From Antedon mediterranea (lineage: Eukaryota; Animalia; Echinodermata), in contig NC_092672.1 in assembly GCF_964355755.1 (NCBI RefSeq), forward strand, positions 36,090,437 to 36,154,436: a stretch of DNA of 64,000 nt, read 5' to 3'. The translations under genes were made by a program, and so were the position numbers. Under the pieces are notes generated by a model. That model ran no database searches. It had not been told where the DNA came from and worked only from the letters and a program-made list of their open reading frames with translations. The first letter of the stretch is position 1. Every line of letters begins with the position of its first letter. Positions 27,995 to 40,569 of the stretch are shown piece by piece.

Positions 27995-30103
27995 ATGGAG
28001 GACAGCAACAATACATATCAATTGCATGAAGAGCTTGCCGACGCAGTAATTGGATTCCATAGTTGTTGCAGACAACCTAATCGTTGCAATGTCATGCTAC
28101 AACAGGAACTCATGGAAAGTGCGATCAAACACGATATGGGCTTAGCCCCAAAATTGTATTATGTTGGAAGTAGGTCTGAAGGTATGCCTGACCATGTGTG
28201 TAACGACTCTGATGTAATGCTACCATATTATGATTCTCCAATTATTTTATGGTCGCAGAAAGAAGAACATGAAATGCAAGGTGACTTTGTTGCAGAACTT
28301 ATTTCAGAAGACCCAGTTTATATGAAGCTTAGTGCAACCAAGCACTGGGAACAAACAATGGATCCCAATAGCAGAAATAATAATGACGGATATCTGAACG
28401 CCTCGGCGTTCAAAAAACAGTTTGATGATATGTTATATCCGTTTACTGAACCGCATGGCCCTGCACTTTTATATACTGAAGAAGGACAATTTAAATCGTT
28501 TGATTTTGTATTTTGTATGAAATGTCAGTCATGGCCATCAATCACAGAGGCTTACTTAGAGAGAAAGAGACCGACTAACTGGCCATCACAAGAGCTATTG
28601 CAAAAGATATTCCTTTCGGAATGTTTTATTGTTCCAGTTGGACGCTATTGGAGTTCATCAAAAGACATTGAATGGAGACTGTCATTTTCTGTAGCTGAAA
28701 AAGAACTAATTTACAATTTGAATGAACCTTACTATAGATGTATGTTTGTTTTAAAAGCACTTAAGAACAGATATATTGATAATACCTGCAAACCAACGCC
28801 ATTTTGTACTTATTTCATAAAAACTGCGTGCTTGTGGATGTGCGAAACAACTGAACACAATCACTCAAATATTATGGGTTTGATAAGAACTGCATTAAAC
28901 TGGCTCATAAACTGCTACACACGTAAATATCTTCCACATTATTTTGTTCCTCAACAAAATCTCATTAGTCATTTGTCAGAAGAATGCTGTGACCATGTAA
29001 TAGAAGATTTGACAATGCTAAAAAGAGATCTCTGGGTAGTGGTGATGTCAAGTGTTATTGAGTGCCCTCAGGTGAAAATTGTCATCGGTGATATGTGTGA
29101 TAACCTTAAGATACCTAGATCATATGATTATGATTTTGATTACACAGCAATGAAAACAAACATATTGAAACACACTAGAGCTGCGACATCAATTTTACAA
29201 GCTATTTCACAGTTACGACCTGGAAGTAGATTTTATGATATCTATGAGCATTTGGAAATATCAAGGCTAGCTACTGGAGCCCTACATGGTGGATTGTTTA
29301 ACTCATCATTGCCTACTATTGCCGACGAAATGGGCAACCCCCCGAAAATATTGGAAATTATAGAAAACATTGTTGTGCCAATTACAGAAAATATTCATAA
29401 AATAGTGCCAGAAGGCTTCGGAAAAACATCAAAACAGTGTCTTTATCGGTATTTAGGTAATCGATTGATTTCCTTAATTGTCCGTTTCAGAAACAAATTT
29501 CCCCGTACAGATTTAAGTCCCTACTTAGGCAAACCACTGCATTATTACAAATTAGGACGTGAAATGGTCTTTCCTAATGGATGGAGTGACAATGGTATCG
29601 GTGGCATGGTACTGCTTTTGAAATACCATTATTCAATGGCAAATTATGAAATGGTAAAAGAACTACTTGAAGATGTTGTACCAAACATCATTCTCGAATT
29701 AGAGAAAAATAAAGAACTAATATCAAAACTTCCTGGTATAGTTATACATTCGGACGACTTTCTTATGTGTAGGCCTTGCACGTTTGAAAATGACAAGTTA
29801 CATGAACACCTCAAACAAACCGCCGGAAATAAATTCTATCTGCTACATCCAGTTGCATTCGTCTTTTACCTAAAAGCATTAGTATCTCTTACAGAGGCAG
29901 ACATAGGCACTGCTTATACTTTTATTAAAAACATGTATGAATTGTCGAAAATTAGTGAATTTCGTCCACTTTCCACTTTAAAAAAATTAATTGAACTGAT
30001 TGAAATCGAAATTATAAAAACAGAAAGACTGCTTTACTTTCCGGATGCGTATACATCTGGTGAATCCAGCATCCACAGACAAGGTGTTCTTTGGTACGGA
30101 TGA
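27995..30103 (+). CDS. cGAS-like receptor (cGLR; Mab-21/cGAS nucleotidyltransferase) with C-terminal helical, probably TPR-like, region; 702 aa, single coding exon
   Basis: NTase motif G58-S59-x-x-E-G...D71-x-D73, HGPA and a third Asp (D170, SFDFV). The Mab-21 helical lobe motifs WP, VPVG, EWRLSFSVAE, TYFIKT and LPHYFVPQQNL are present. The TPR call is inferred from helical patterns such as HPVAFVFYLKAL. Confidence 0.92.
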   Translation: MEDSNNTYQLHEELADAVIGFHSCCRQPNRCNVMLQQELMESAIKHDMGLAPKLYYVGSRSEGMPDHVCNDSDVMLPYYDSPIILWSQKEEHEMQGDFVAELISEDPVYMKLSATKHWEQTMDPNSRNNNDGYLNASAFKKQFDDMLYPFTEPHGPALLYTEEGQFKSFDFVFCMKCQSWPSITEAYLERKRPTNWPSQELLQKIFLSECFIVPVGRYWSSSKDIEWRLSFSVAEKELIYNLNEPYYRCMFVLKALKNRYIDNTCKPTPFCTYFIKTACLWMCETTEHNHSNIMGLIRTALNWLINCYTRKYLPHYFVPQQNLISHLSEECCDHVIEDLTMLKRDLWVVVMSSVIECPQVKIVIGDMCDNLKIPRSYDYDFDYTAMKTNILKHTRAATSILQAISQLRPGSRFYDIYEHLEISRLATGALHGGLFNSSLPTIADEMGNPPKILEIIENIVVPITENIHKIVPEGFGKTSKQCLYRYLGNRLISLIVRFRNKFPRTDLSPYLGKPLHYYKLGREMVFPNGWSDNGIGGMVLLLKYHYSMANYEMVKELLEDVVPNIILELEKNKELISKLPGIVIHSDDFLMCRPCTFENDKLHEHLKQTAGNKFYLLHPVAFVFYLKALVSLTEADIGTAYTFIKNMYELSKISEFRPLSTLKKLIELIEIEIIKTERLLYFPDAYTSGESSIHRQGVLWYG

Positions 30104-30163
30104 ACTAGTCCTAAGCCTACCCTGTATCGGAGTTAAACTATGAGCACTGAATATTCAGTCTTT

Positions 30164-30169
30164 AATAAA
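30164..30169 (+). promoter_or_regulatory. Candidate polyadenylation signal of the intact cGLR
   Basis: AATAAA ~60 nt after the stop codon, followed by a U/GU-rich tract; conserved in the paralog 3' flank (~26775). Confidence 0.45.
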
Positions 30170-30348
30170 ACAAAATGGGAAAATCCAGGGTTTTTATTTG
30201 TTGGGCTTTGAACTCTTCAAATTGCTTAACTGTATACGAACATCTTTTTTCCGATATTTTGTATCCAAATTCTTACTCTCTCGCGCTGCCATTTGGGTAA
30301 CCCTAATTTTGGAAGGTCCTGCAACATGGTTTTACCCTGCAATATCCT

Positions 30349-30429
30349 TTCCATATAAAGTGATTCTTTTGAATTAAGATCAGCAACATAGTAACTTTGT
30401 ATTTCGTGTTCTTCGTTTTGCGACCATAA
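30349..30429 (-). pseudogene. Inverted 81-bp fragment of a further cGLR paralog
   Basis: Minus strand encodes LWSQNEEHEIQSYYVADLNSKESLYME, matching LWSQNEEHKMQRYFVAEFISEDPVYMK (from 24774) and LWSQKEEHEMQGDFVAELISEDPVYMK (from ~28247). Confidence 0.85.
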
Positions 30430-32089
30430 CAAATATATTTGAATGCTTATATATTATTTTTAAACAAAAATTATCGTCAAAGGTCAAACGTTCAACATGT
30501 GACGTAGAGCTGGGTGGGGTGAAATTCGCTCAAGTTGATTTTAAATGGCAATGTTAGGGAAGTATTCAGTAATGAATAGGTTTAATGATTAATGCTATCA
30601 ATCTACTCCAATTATGTGAAGTAATAAATTAAATGGATACCAAACCAAAACATGGTCTCGAACACCTGCAATGACTGGTGGGTTAAATGTACTTTTGCTA
30701 TCAAACTGACCCCTTCCCCCCACTGGGTATCGTGAGATTAGTGAGAGATAAAAGTATAATTGTTAAAAGTATGTTAAATCATTAATGACACAATAAACAC
30801 GACGATGATTTTGAGATAATTAAAATACAAATGATTTTAAAACCAATAGGCCTATCTAAGCTTGTTCTGATTGTATTATGTCTTTTGATGTTTTTTCATT
30901 ATCGTGTTTTTTTAATGTTTTTAATGCTTTTTTTTTATATTTATCTTAAGAGCGTTGTCTGTGTACAAACAACAAGTTTTAAATATTTTTATATATTTGA
31001 TAATAAATGCTGTTCAAGCAGCGCATTCATTCATTGTATTAAACACATATAAATTGACCTATGACCTATCAATATAAGATTTAATATTTCGACAAAACAT
31101 CAATTCGGAAACAAATCGGGAAAACGGTGGTGGTTTAAGCTGACGATTTAGCCTATCATAAACTAAATTGTTTATTATTTTGTATAGCCTATATTTTTAA
31201 ATAATGTATTTTATCATAATGTAATTTATCTATTTATTTTATGTATTTTATTTTAATTTAAGAGGGCTTCTGAATATCAACTGGCATTAATTTGTTAAGC
31301 TTGAAAGGTTACCCTCTATAAATAAAGTTGTAACAAAAATAAAAATAATATGGTATTAGAAGTTTTCGTTGCATTTTTATTTTTATTTTAGAAGAAAAAA
31401 TGTTTCTACACCTGGGCGATTTTATCTATTGGACTTCATAAATGTTTTAATTTATTTCGACACCTACCGACAGTGACCAAGTATCACTCATTACAGAATT
31501 GGCCAAACTAATTAATTATAATAACTTTTAATTATTCATGGGTCAGCCTATTCGGAAAACCGTTAACGTATTTGTAACCACATGAAGAAATCCGGAAACA
31601 ACTGGGTCTTCACAAGTGTCCCTTGCTCGTCCAGATTAATGTTTTGAGTAAGTTGACCTTCAACAGATCAGCAGACTTTTTTTGTAAGAGTAGGTCAATC
31701 AAGTTCTTTTTCTTCAAGTTTTTGCTGTTTTCTTTCTAGTTTTTGTCGGAACTTCTGGATAGTTTTAGTGTAATCACATTTTTGGCTGTTTTAGTCTGAT
31801 CTAAATTTTTTATTAGTTTTAGCCTAAATATGATTTATTTATTTTACGTTATTCGTACAATTTTAACACGCTGTGGCGTATTCACCTGTAGTATGTACAG
31901 TACGATTTACGACGGCTTAAATGTTTTTTGGTCGTTCGTTTTAATCTATAAAATCTTCAATTGATTTTTTTCAGGCTCAATTAATTTATGCTTATTTACT
32001 TTGCAAATGTTGTATTGTATTTGGTGAGTTGTGAAATTTTTTACTTAGGCCTACTAACCTTTCTTATATTGCTTAATGTTCATTCTAAC

Positions 32090-32132
32090 TATAGGCCCCA
32101 TTCATAGGCCCCATTCATAGGCCCCATTCATA
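32090..32132. repeat. 13-bp tandem repeat x3
   Basis: ATAGGCCCCATTC occurs three times in tandem. Confidence 0.85.
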
Positions 32133-35100
32133 TGTGGTAAGCTGATGAGTTTCGCATAGACTGAAATGTACGTAATTATATTAGATAAATATTGCTATAA
32201 ACACGGTAACATAACAGAGTACCGTCTTAAAGCTCAGGTACAGGCATGAATTTTAAATATAATATCTGGTTAATTGTACATAAATCAAATATTTGTAACA
32301 GAAATCAAGACGAAAAAACATGAATTTCCCTTAATACTGTATGGTCAAATACAAAATTTGGCAAAATTCTGCCATAAAAACCAGGAAGACTTTTTTCAGT
32401 AGTTAGGTAGTTTAATCTAATGTAATAACATGTCTGGTGACTCCCTAGTAGGTGAAAAAAGATGGTGGATATACGGTGGATAATTTTTGCTATAGCATGA
32501 AAATCAAAATCTGAAGTTGAATAAAAATACCAGAAATGTAAAATTCAAGTTATATTACCTATATTTAGTCATCTGATAACATTTTTTACCACGCCGTTTA
32601 TTTTCATAGCTTTTTAAAATGCCTATCTAATTTACAACATTTGTGTACAAAAGAATAGAGATTTTACTGTGTAATTTGAACTATCCCCCCACTGATAAGA
32701 AAGTGCTTATTTTCAACAAGCTCGTGTAACACAAATAAAATCCCAAAAATTATGAAACATAGGGGAAACTATAGATCGATAATTATTGGAATGTATGATC
32801 AATAGAAATGTTTTGCCCGCACCTGGCCTTTAAAGCAATATAATAATTATAAAATGTTTTGAAACTTTATTGAGGGCGATGGACAGACAGACATACCATG
32901 TCTTCATAGACTGTATCTAAAACAAAGTTGTCTAAAAGTTGAACATAAATGTGTTTTGTACAAGACATCTGTTGATATTAGGAACACTCATTGCCTTGGA
33001 GATCCTTAGAGGAAGAGCAAGTTCAAAGGGTGAGAAATTGTTCAAATGCTTTTATCTTTGATAAATGAATTTAGACATATCAATAAAATACACTTAGTCG
33101 TTAATTACATCACTCGATGATTAACCCTATTTCCGTCCGATTATTAAGGATTATGTAGTTTGATCACAGATTTCCTTGTTATTCTAGCCTATTTTATTCC
33201 GTTTATTACCATTTTGTTATATTTATAATTACTGGGTATATAACGCAGTAATTGATTGATGATAACTTAATTGATATTGTTGTTAATTACAGTTTTACGT
33301 TATTGATTTTCTACAGATGCTAGGAAATTTCAAAATTTCTTTTTTTGTTGATGTTCTAGGCACAGATAGGCCTATGATCACTTGTAAAAAATAAATAATG
33401 GCTTTAATACAGGTTTTTTTCATCAGAGCAATAATTTATTTCAACTTGTTTTCTTTCTTTCTTGTATTTAACCAAATAAACAATAATACCTGGTAAACAA
33501 ATATTTTATTTAGACATTTAGGAATGAAAATTTAACAAACAATTCATCTTCTAAACATTAATGGTTAAATACTTTAAATGAATATGTAAGAGAAAATTAT
33601 CTATTAGTGTAATAAATAATGTTATATCAACGATATTTTTTTCTAAACTTTTCAAAATGTCAGTCCAGAACAAGTGTTTAACATACATTTAAATTTAGGT
33701 AAAAATACAAGGAAACCTGTTTATTTTCAATATGATTTATGCACTGGGGCATGAGACAGATTTCATATTTAGTAACATGATAGGCCTACAATATGTCCAT
33801 CCTTTTCCATCAATTTTAACGCACATGCGTTCTGTCGATTTTGGTATTAATGTGAGAGGAATGTTACATTGATTATGACTTCTACTCAGAGCTCTCTCTC
33901 TCTCTCTTTTATTTATTTATTAACATCTTTATACATGAATGATTACACAATCAGGTAAAAGAAAACCTGTTTTACAAAACATCTGGGGAAAAAATAGTTT
34001 ACTATTCTAATTCCACCTTCTCTCCAGCCAACTGGACTTTTCTTTTCCTTCTCCCAGAATTTGACCCCAAGGTCACACTTTACATAAATTTCTTTTACAG
34101 AATATTTGTGATAAAAAGTCATGATACATAAATTCAATAACCATCGTTGAAGCGTCAATCAACTATTTTTATGACGTCATACAATGTGTCGACACATTTT
34201 GTTATCAAGATAATATTAGGATAAAATAAAAATTACTGTAAAAATATTGCGACTTTTGTTTATATCGTCTTTACACTACCTGCATCCTTTTTCGGTTTGT
34301 CCATGCTATATCTGGAGGATATAGTTAAGATACTTTATGTTTACATTTACATATATTTTGTAATTGCGATAATTTTGTTTAATGATGACTATTACTTTAC
34401 TTGTCTTTTGAATGTATATTGTCCCTTACCATGCAATTCAGCAGATTTGCTGCCAATTGGTTTGTTTTTAATAAAGAATAATGAATAAAGAATATGGGTC
34501 AAATGTTATATTATTAATATATAATTTGTACCGTAGGTGTTGTTGTAATGTAGGCCTGTTTAAAAGGTTCAAAAGAAATAGCCTATAGTCTGTTGATTAA
34601 CATACATTGTTAAACACTGGCGTATCCTATTGATTTAATTATGTGATTTTCATTTAATTGCGGCCTAGTATCAAAAGGCGTTAATATTCTTAATAACTTG
34701 AAGATCTTATGCAAGATATCAAATGACCCAGTTATGATATTGGCGTCAATATTAAGTCGCTCATTGTTGCTCATTAATGACTCTATCAATAATTCGCATA
34801 AGTTGCATGTAGACAAAAGCATATGTACCAGTGCTAAGCCAGAGTGTGGTCAACTCTTATGCACGAAAATGTAATTTTTCCCGTGGCTGGAAGCAGCGTG
34901 TGGCGCGAGCGTGATTGAAGTTTTGACGCTCTCCGCTGTTTTCGCAACAAGTACCTAGAAGATTTGGCGATGAGGAGGAATGTATTGAATTAGTTTTGAT
35001 GCGCATGAACAAGACATAATGGTCACACTTACAGGGGGACATTGGCTAGAATATTGGCTAAAATATTGTCAACAATTTTTTTGTATTTGGTTTAGTTGCA

Positions 35101-38100
35101 CGAAAGCGGAAATGGAAACTAAATGAGTTAAATTCACGAGACTCGAGTAAGATTCCACAAATGCGAAGAAAACTTCTTCACTTAAGTTTGGTTCCAAGGA
35201 CGTAATGCAACACTTGGTCCCAACAGGAACAGAAGTTAAGGCCTATAGTCTGATATAGACCTATAGTCTGATATAGACCTATCATCACAAGAAGACATAA
35301 CATATAATATAAATAAGACAATTTAATTTCCAAGTTGATAAAGTATCTAAAATATTAATAAAATTTAACAATGGAATATTGAAACCTTTGAAACAAAGTT
35401 AACGGTGTGTTAAAATCGAATTAAATATGATTAAAAATATGAGTGTTTCCTTATTGCGAAATACTTCTGTGCATGCTGGTATTTCTTTTGCGCACAAAAA
35501 AGAATGTGAATTAAACATTCTGCGCGAAATACTACTACTACTACGGTATATTACGGTATAGGCCTAAGTTCTGTACACTGGGTCCTTAGGAGAACAGTCT
35601 TTTACTGAAGAGGCTACCCAGTATAAAGAATAAATAATAATATTATGTGTTTTGTGTCATTCACACTCGGCACAAAATGTTTGATTTGCTTGTGTGCCTC
35701 AACGAAGACACGATGATGCTAGCGCCAACTTTCAATATTGGAGACAAACACTTGTGTGTTTATGTTTGATAGTTTTTAAAATGATGAGTCAATTCGCGGT
35801 GGAGATTTTTAACCAGATGGTGGTCACGCTTTGTTAACTTTCAGGGTTTATGAACTAAATATTAAACCTGTCATTTATGTTTGACAGTCGGTACATAATT
35901 TTGAAAAACAAACTCTTTTCTCAGCTCAACAAATATTTTAAATTATTTAAAATGATTAGGCCTATACATTGTGTAAAGGACTAGTGATATTCCTAAATTT
36001 TATACTGATTGTTGTTGTAAAATAAATATTAATATAACAAAATTAATGAGAATTTACAATAAACTTAAAAAGAAAGTATAAGTTTTAAAACGAATTAAGA
36101 TTGTATTCATTTACGTTGGCCTACTTCGAGAAATTAAACACACGGCGCGCCACAAAGATGTAAGGGAAATGGGTGAATTCTAATTAGGTATAAAATCTTA
36201 ATAAACCGTTGGAGGCGCTAATTTCCGTATGCTTTAAATCTCAATTCTCAAAACTATAATTTTTGCATTCTTGCATTTATAATTTCCAAATAAAAGGTAA
36301 ATTTTATTGGTTTGTATTGTGAGATTGGTTTCTTGAGAAAAATTCTCTACCACGCGTGCTAGGCCTAGCAAGTAAAATGTGAAAAGACGCTTTTCATTAA
36401 AGTTTTCAGCCTAATAACGAATTTAATAAAAATATATCTATATTACATCCAGTTTTTACTATTTGGTTTATGTGTTTTACACGTTTTTACGCATTTTTCC
36501 AAAATATGTAAATGCCTAAAATTAAGTAAAAATGTACTTTAGTTAGTCACACATGCCGAGATACTACTAGTTGATATTACATATTCCAAGGAATAGTTTA
36601 TATTTTTGTCTTTTTGCATAATATTAATTTTGATTATGTTTTTACTAATTAGAATCCTGATGGCCAGGTTCTCGGGAATTACAATGTAACTTATAATATC
36701 GACTTCAATAATAGTTCATCGAACCACTGTAATTTCTCAGATTTGTAATTTGATTTTAAGAACAAGAATTTTAATCAAATGTAAGTTGTTAAAGTATCTG
36801 TAATACAAGAAGACTAGACGTTTGTTTTGTGGCATTTGGCTCGAGTTTGATTTGATTCTTCTTCTTTCGTGTTTATTTGATTGATTTATGAAAAAATAAA
36901 ATGTCTTAGAGTGTGCACTTTGTAGATTTTCCATAGCAAAGAAATATTTCATTTTTGAAATATTGTTTTCATTTAGGATAATTTTCTATTTCAATTGATA
37001 ATCAGAATGGTTTTAACCGATATTGGACATGGTTGCATCCGAGAAAATAGTATATAAAACTAATCATAAGACCAATTTATTTTAACTTAACTCGTCCTCC
37101 ATGCATACTTATACATTTCTCGATACATTTTGGCATATAGTGTACCTAATGCGTGGTAACATAGAAGGGGATTTCCCTTTGTAAATGCACTCAAGCATGG
37201 CCTAATTGGGCCCATATAGATTTTTCTAGATGGCGCTTTCCATCAATTCGAAAAGCGACTTCTCACATCAACAAATAGTGACTGATCCGTGATTTTTTGT
37301 GTGTTTTTTTTACCAAATTAGGTTTCATAACACACCGATAAAATGGTGATTTTTGCTATCTCATGGAACAGCTGACGTCTGCTGTAAATGTCAAAATTCT
37401 ATAGACGAACATTTAGGCAATATTTTTATTACCACATTTAAACCATTATTAATTATTGTATTTAATAATTACGTTATCGTTATCGTATTATCGTTTGAAT
37501 TTCTCCACTCTGGTTTTAACAATGAAATACATTTTTTTTTTCTCTTTTGTGGCATTGACAACCACTTTTATTCATTTCAGTAAATCCTGTTTATGAAATT
37601 GGACAAAGAAACAACGAATTCCAATTGAATTTGAAAATAAAAATGCAAACTAGACGTAATCCCTTACAACATGTAGGCCTAACATTGAATAATAAAATTA
37701 GTAATTACGTCTGTGACTTTAGCCAGATTGTGAAGGAGAAGAAAGATTTGCGTGTACAACTGAACAACGCCCTTATTAATCGAACCACAGATTATTCTCT
37801 CTTGTAGTTGTATAGGAAAGGGCCATGTGGTCAGCATAACATTTATTTTGCCATGTTTTCGAACGATTACTTGATAATTAATTATTATAGCTCTAAGAAA
37901 TTAACAATATTAAATCAATCAATACAAGACAACGGTATAGAACAAATAAACGGATTCTCTTCATTATTTTGAATATCATAACCATCCCCATCTTTATCTT
38001 ATCATTATCACACTCATCATCATTCCCTCGTACTCCCATCATTTATATTATTTTTTTTAAAATATGAAATACTGTATAATGTCAAATATTTATCAACAGT

Positions 38101-38663
38101 TAAACTAGTATATAACATTTACAGTATTACATGATTTAATTGAAAGAATACTGCATAAATAAGCGCCATACAATTTAATGAATTGAAAAAATACAAATTT
38201 ATAAGCCAGTGCGAAAGCTCACTTCGTTAGGTGCTATGGTCACACACATCTGGGGTGGGTCATTCTCAAATCAACCTTCTTCATTGACATAATAGATCCA
38301 CTGACAATAAGCATATTACCCGCCCTGTATTATATTACTTTTTAAGCTAACTATTGTTTTTGACAACATGCATGTTAAGTTTGATGATATTATTCCTGAC
38401 TCATCATATGCCGTAAGTGGGTCGTCGAAATCCCTCCAACAGAATTACGCATCTATGACACGCCAAAGTGAAAGTTCATTGAAAATTGAATATCACCGAA
38501 AAATTAACACAATGTTATGTTTATAATTATAATTCAAGTCTATTATTAAACATCGTTTTATAATAATTTCGAAGTCAAACTATTTCAAAACTTTTCTACT
38601 ATGAGTTGCTGCAGTAAATATATATTTGTACTGCAATAACGAATAATTTAGGAGAGTTTCAAT

Positions 38664-38701
38664 CATGGAGCAACAAAATAATGATATTTTGTTGCTCCAT
38701 G
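38664..38701. mobile_element. 38-bp hairpin (17+4+17) CATGGAGCAACAAAATA-ATGA-TATTTTGTTGCTCCATG with 7-bp TSD (P-superfamily-like footprint)
   Basis: Perfect 17-bp arms; TTTCAAT is duplicated at 38657-38663 and 38702-38708. Confidence 0.8.
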
Positions 38702-39596
38702 TTTCAATGTAGAAGTTATAAGGCAGTCCGTGCAATTTGTACGATTACCGAAGCATGTTAAAGAGTAAACAAAATGTATAGTTACCGCAGTAGAAGGAAT
38801 CATTTGGAAATTTCCCTTATGTTTAAAACAGAATATATTTACTGTATTTTCTCTGTATTGTCAGACTAACTATATTCTGATCGTACGTGGCATCTTAATG
38901 TTGTTGGGCGCATCAAATCATTCACTAATTTCCTGAAGATCATTGGAAAGTTCAGACGTAACAGGCGTCACATGTTCGTCTAATGTTATAATTGCATGTT
39001 ACTGTAGGATTTTAATTTACTTTCAGGTTTATGTTGAGTTTTTGTAACCATATTGACTCCAATAACGGCTAAGAATTATGTCCTTTTCCATATTCCGTTA
39101 AAGAGAACATTAAAACACATTTATAAAAACAATTATTGTTATTAAAATTAACCTTGAAAATCACGTATCTATACTGTTGACATTAAACCTAAAACCTCGA
39201 AGTTAAACTTGAACTTTGCACGAACTGTGAAGGCCACATGTTACACAATTCATTTCGCCACGGGCACTTGAACCTTTAGGCCATTTTTAATTCCATTTAA
39301 TTTCATATTTTTTCGAGTTTAGTATTTGGTTACTCACTAGACATATACACAAACATATTGCATTGTATATAATGATTTTGTGTTATATCGTTAATACGGT
39401 ACTGTATTAAGGTTGGACGGTAAGTCTCTCATTCAAGCGGTGGGTGAAGAGTAATGTAAGATTTTATATAAAAACCTAACGAACTTTCATATAGATCTTC
39501 TAAAAATATCTAAACAAATTGACCGGTGCGATAGTATTATACACGTCACACATGGAAATAGGGCAAACATTGTTGTATGCGGTAATGTGCGATTTT

Positions 39597-39664
39597 TCCA
39601 ATGGTCAGCTTGAATTCACTGTCGCTTGTCATTGGTCAACCCGCCTGCGCTGCGCGTACGTCGT
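39597..39664. mobile_element. Partial MITE family A copy
   Basis: ACTGTCGCTTGTCATTGGTCAACCCGCCTGCGCTGCGCGTACGTC is the reverse complement of the left half of 48830-48992. Confidence 0.6.
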
Positions 39665-40511
39665 TATTTTGCTTAATATTTTGTATATCGTGATTGTTAG
39701 ATTTTTCATTATACGAAGAAAATAAAGGTTTCTATAGTTGATACTATCTGTGTCAAGAAAGTGCTCTAACTGTTGATATAATCGAATTTTTTCATTAAAT
39801 TAATACAAAATAAATTGAATAAAGTGGCATTAGCCGACCATGGCTTTTGTCGTAATAATGCATTTTAAAAATTGATAATTTCGTGCACTTAAAAGAGACA
39901 GAGCAGATGGTAGTTTTATGGTGTAAAATCTTCATTGGTTTCAGTGTGTCTGTATGGAATTATACATAAACAAAACGATTTACGGTAAGAATCAATTAAA
40001 TCGGCGCTTTTCAGTTTAACGTACACACATTTATTACGGCTGTGTCATTTCGTAAGAAATAGACACACAATATAAACACCTTTTCGCTTCTTTCTAATTA
40101 CTTGTAACAATATATCGATTAGGGATAACTAAGCTCGCGTCTACAGTTGGCGCCAATGTGAATTATTACTACGGTACCTTTTCTACCGCCACCTCAAGAC
40201 TGTGAAGCGCCTGCTAATTCTCGTATCGGGTTCGCTTTTGCGGTCGAACATTTAGCGGGTTCTGAGTATTTACGCCTGATTCATATACCCAGAACAGTTT
40301 TCACGCGTTTGGGTTAAGTATTACTATGTTACGCTTAACGCACACGACGCGTGATCACAATCGGTCTCTAGTGTGGACGCGGCCTTATACGAAGTATATT
40401 TCTTTCGTTGATCAACTTTCACGGTATATACCAGCCGCGAGATTGCCACGTTTTCAAACACTAGATTCAACCCTTTCGATTAAAATATTAATTGTATTAA
40501 TTTTAAAATGT

Positions 40512-40569
40512 GTTACGTGGGCCCCGAGGGTACATCGTGACGTGGGCCCCGAGGGTACATCGTTACGTG
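40512..40569. repeat. 25-bp tandem repeat x2.3
   Basis: GT(T/G)ACGTGGGCCCCGAGGGTACATC is repeated. Confidence 0.85.

Larger units (their letters stand above)
24154..30310 (+). repeat. Tandem gene duplication: unit 1 ~24154-26925, unit 2 ~26959-30310
   Basis: 5' flanks match (24154-24487 vs 26959-27301), coding regions are paralogous, and 3' flanks match (26697-26925 vs 30083-30310). Confidence 0.92.
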
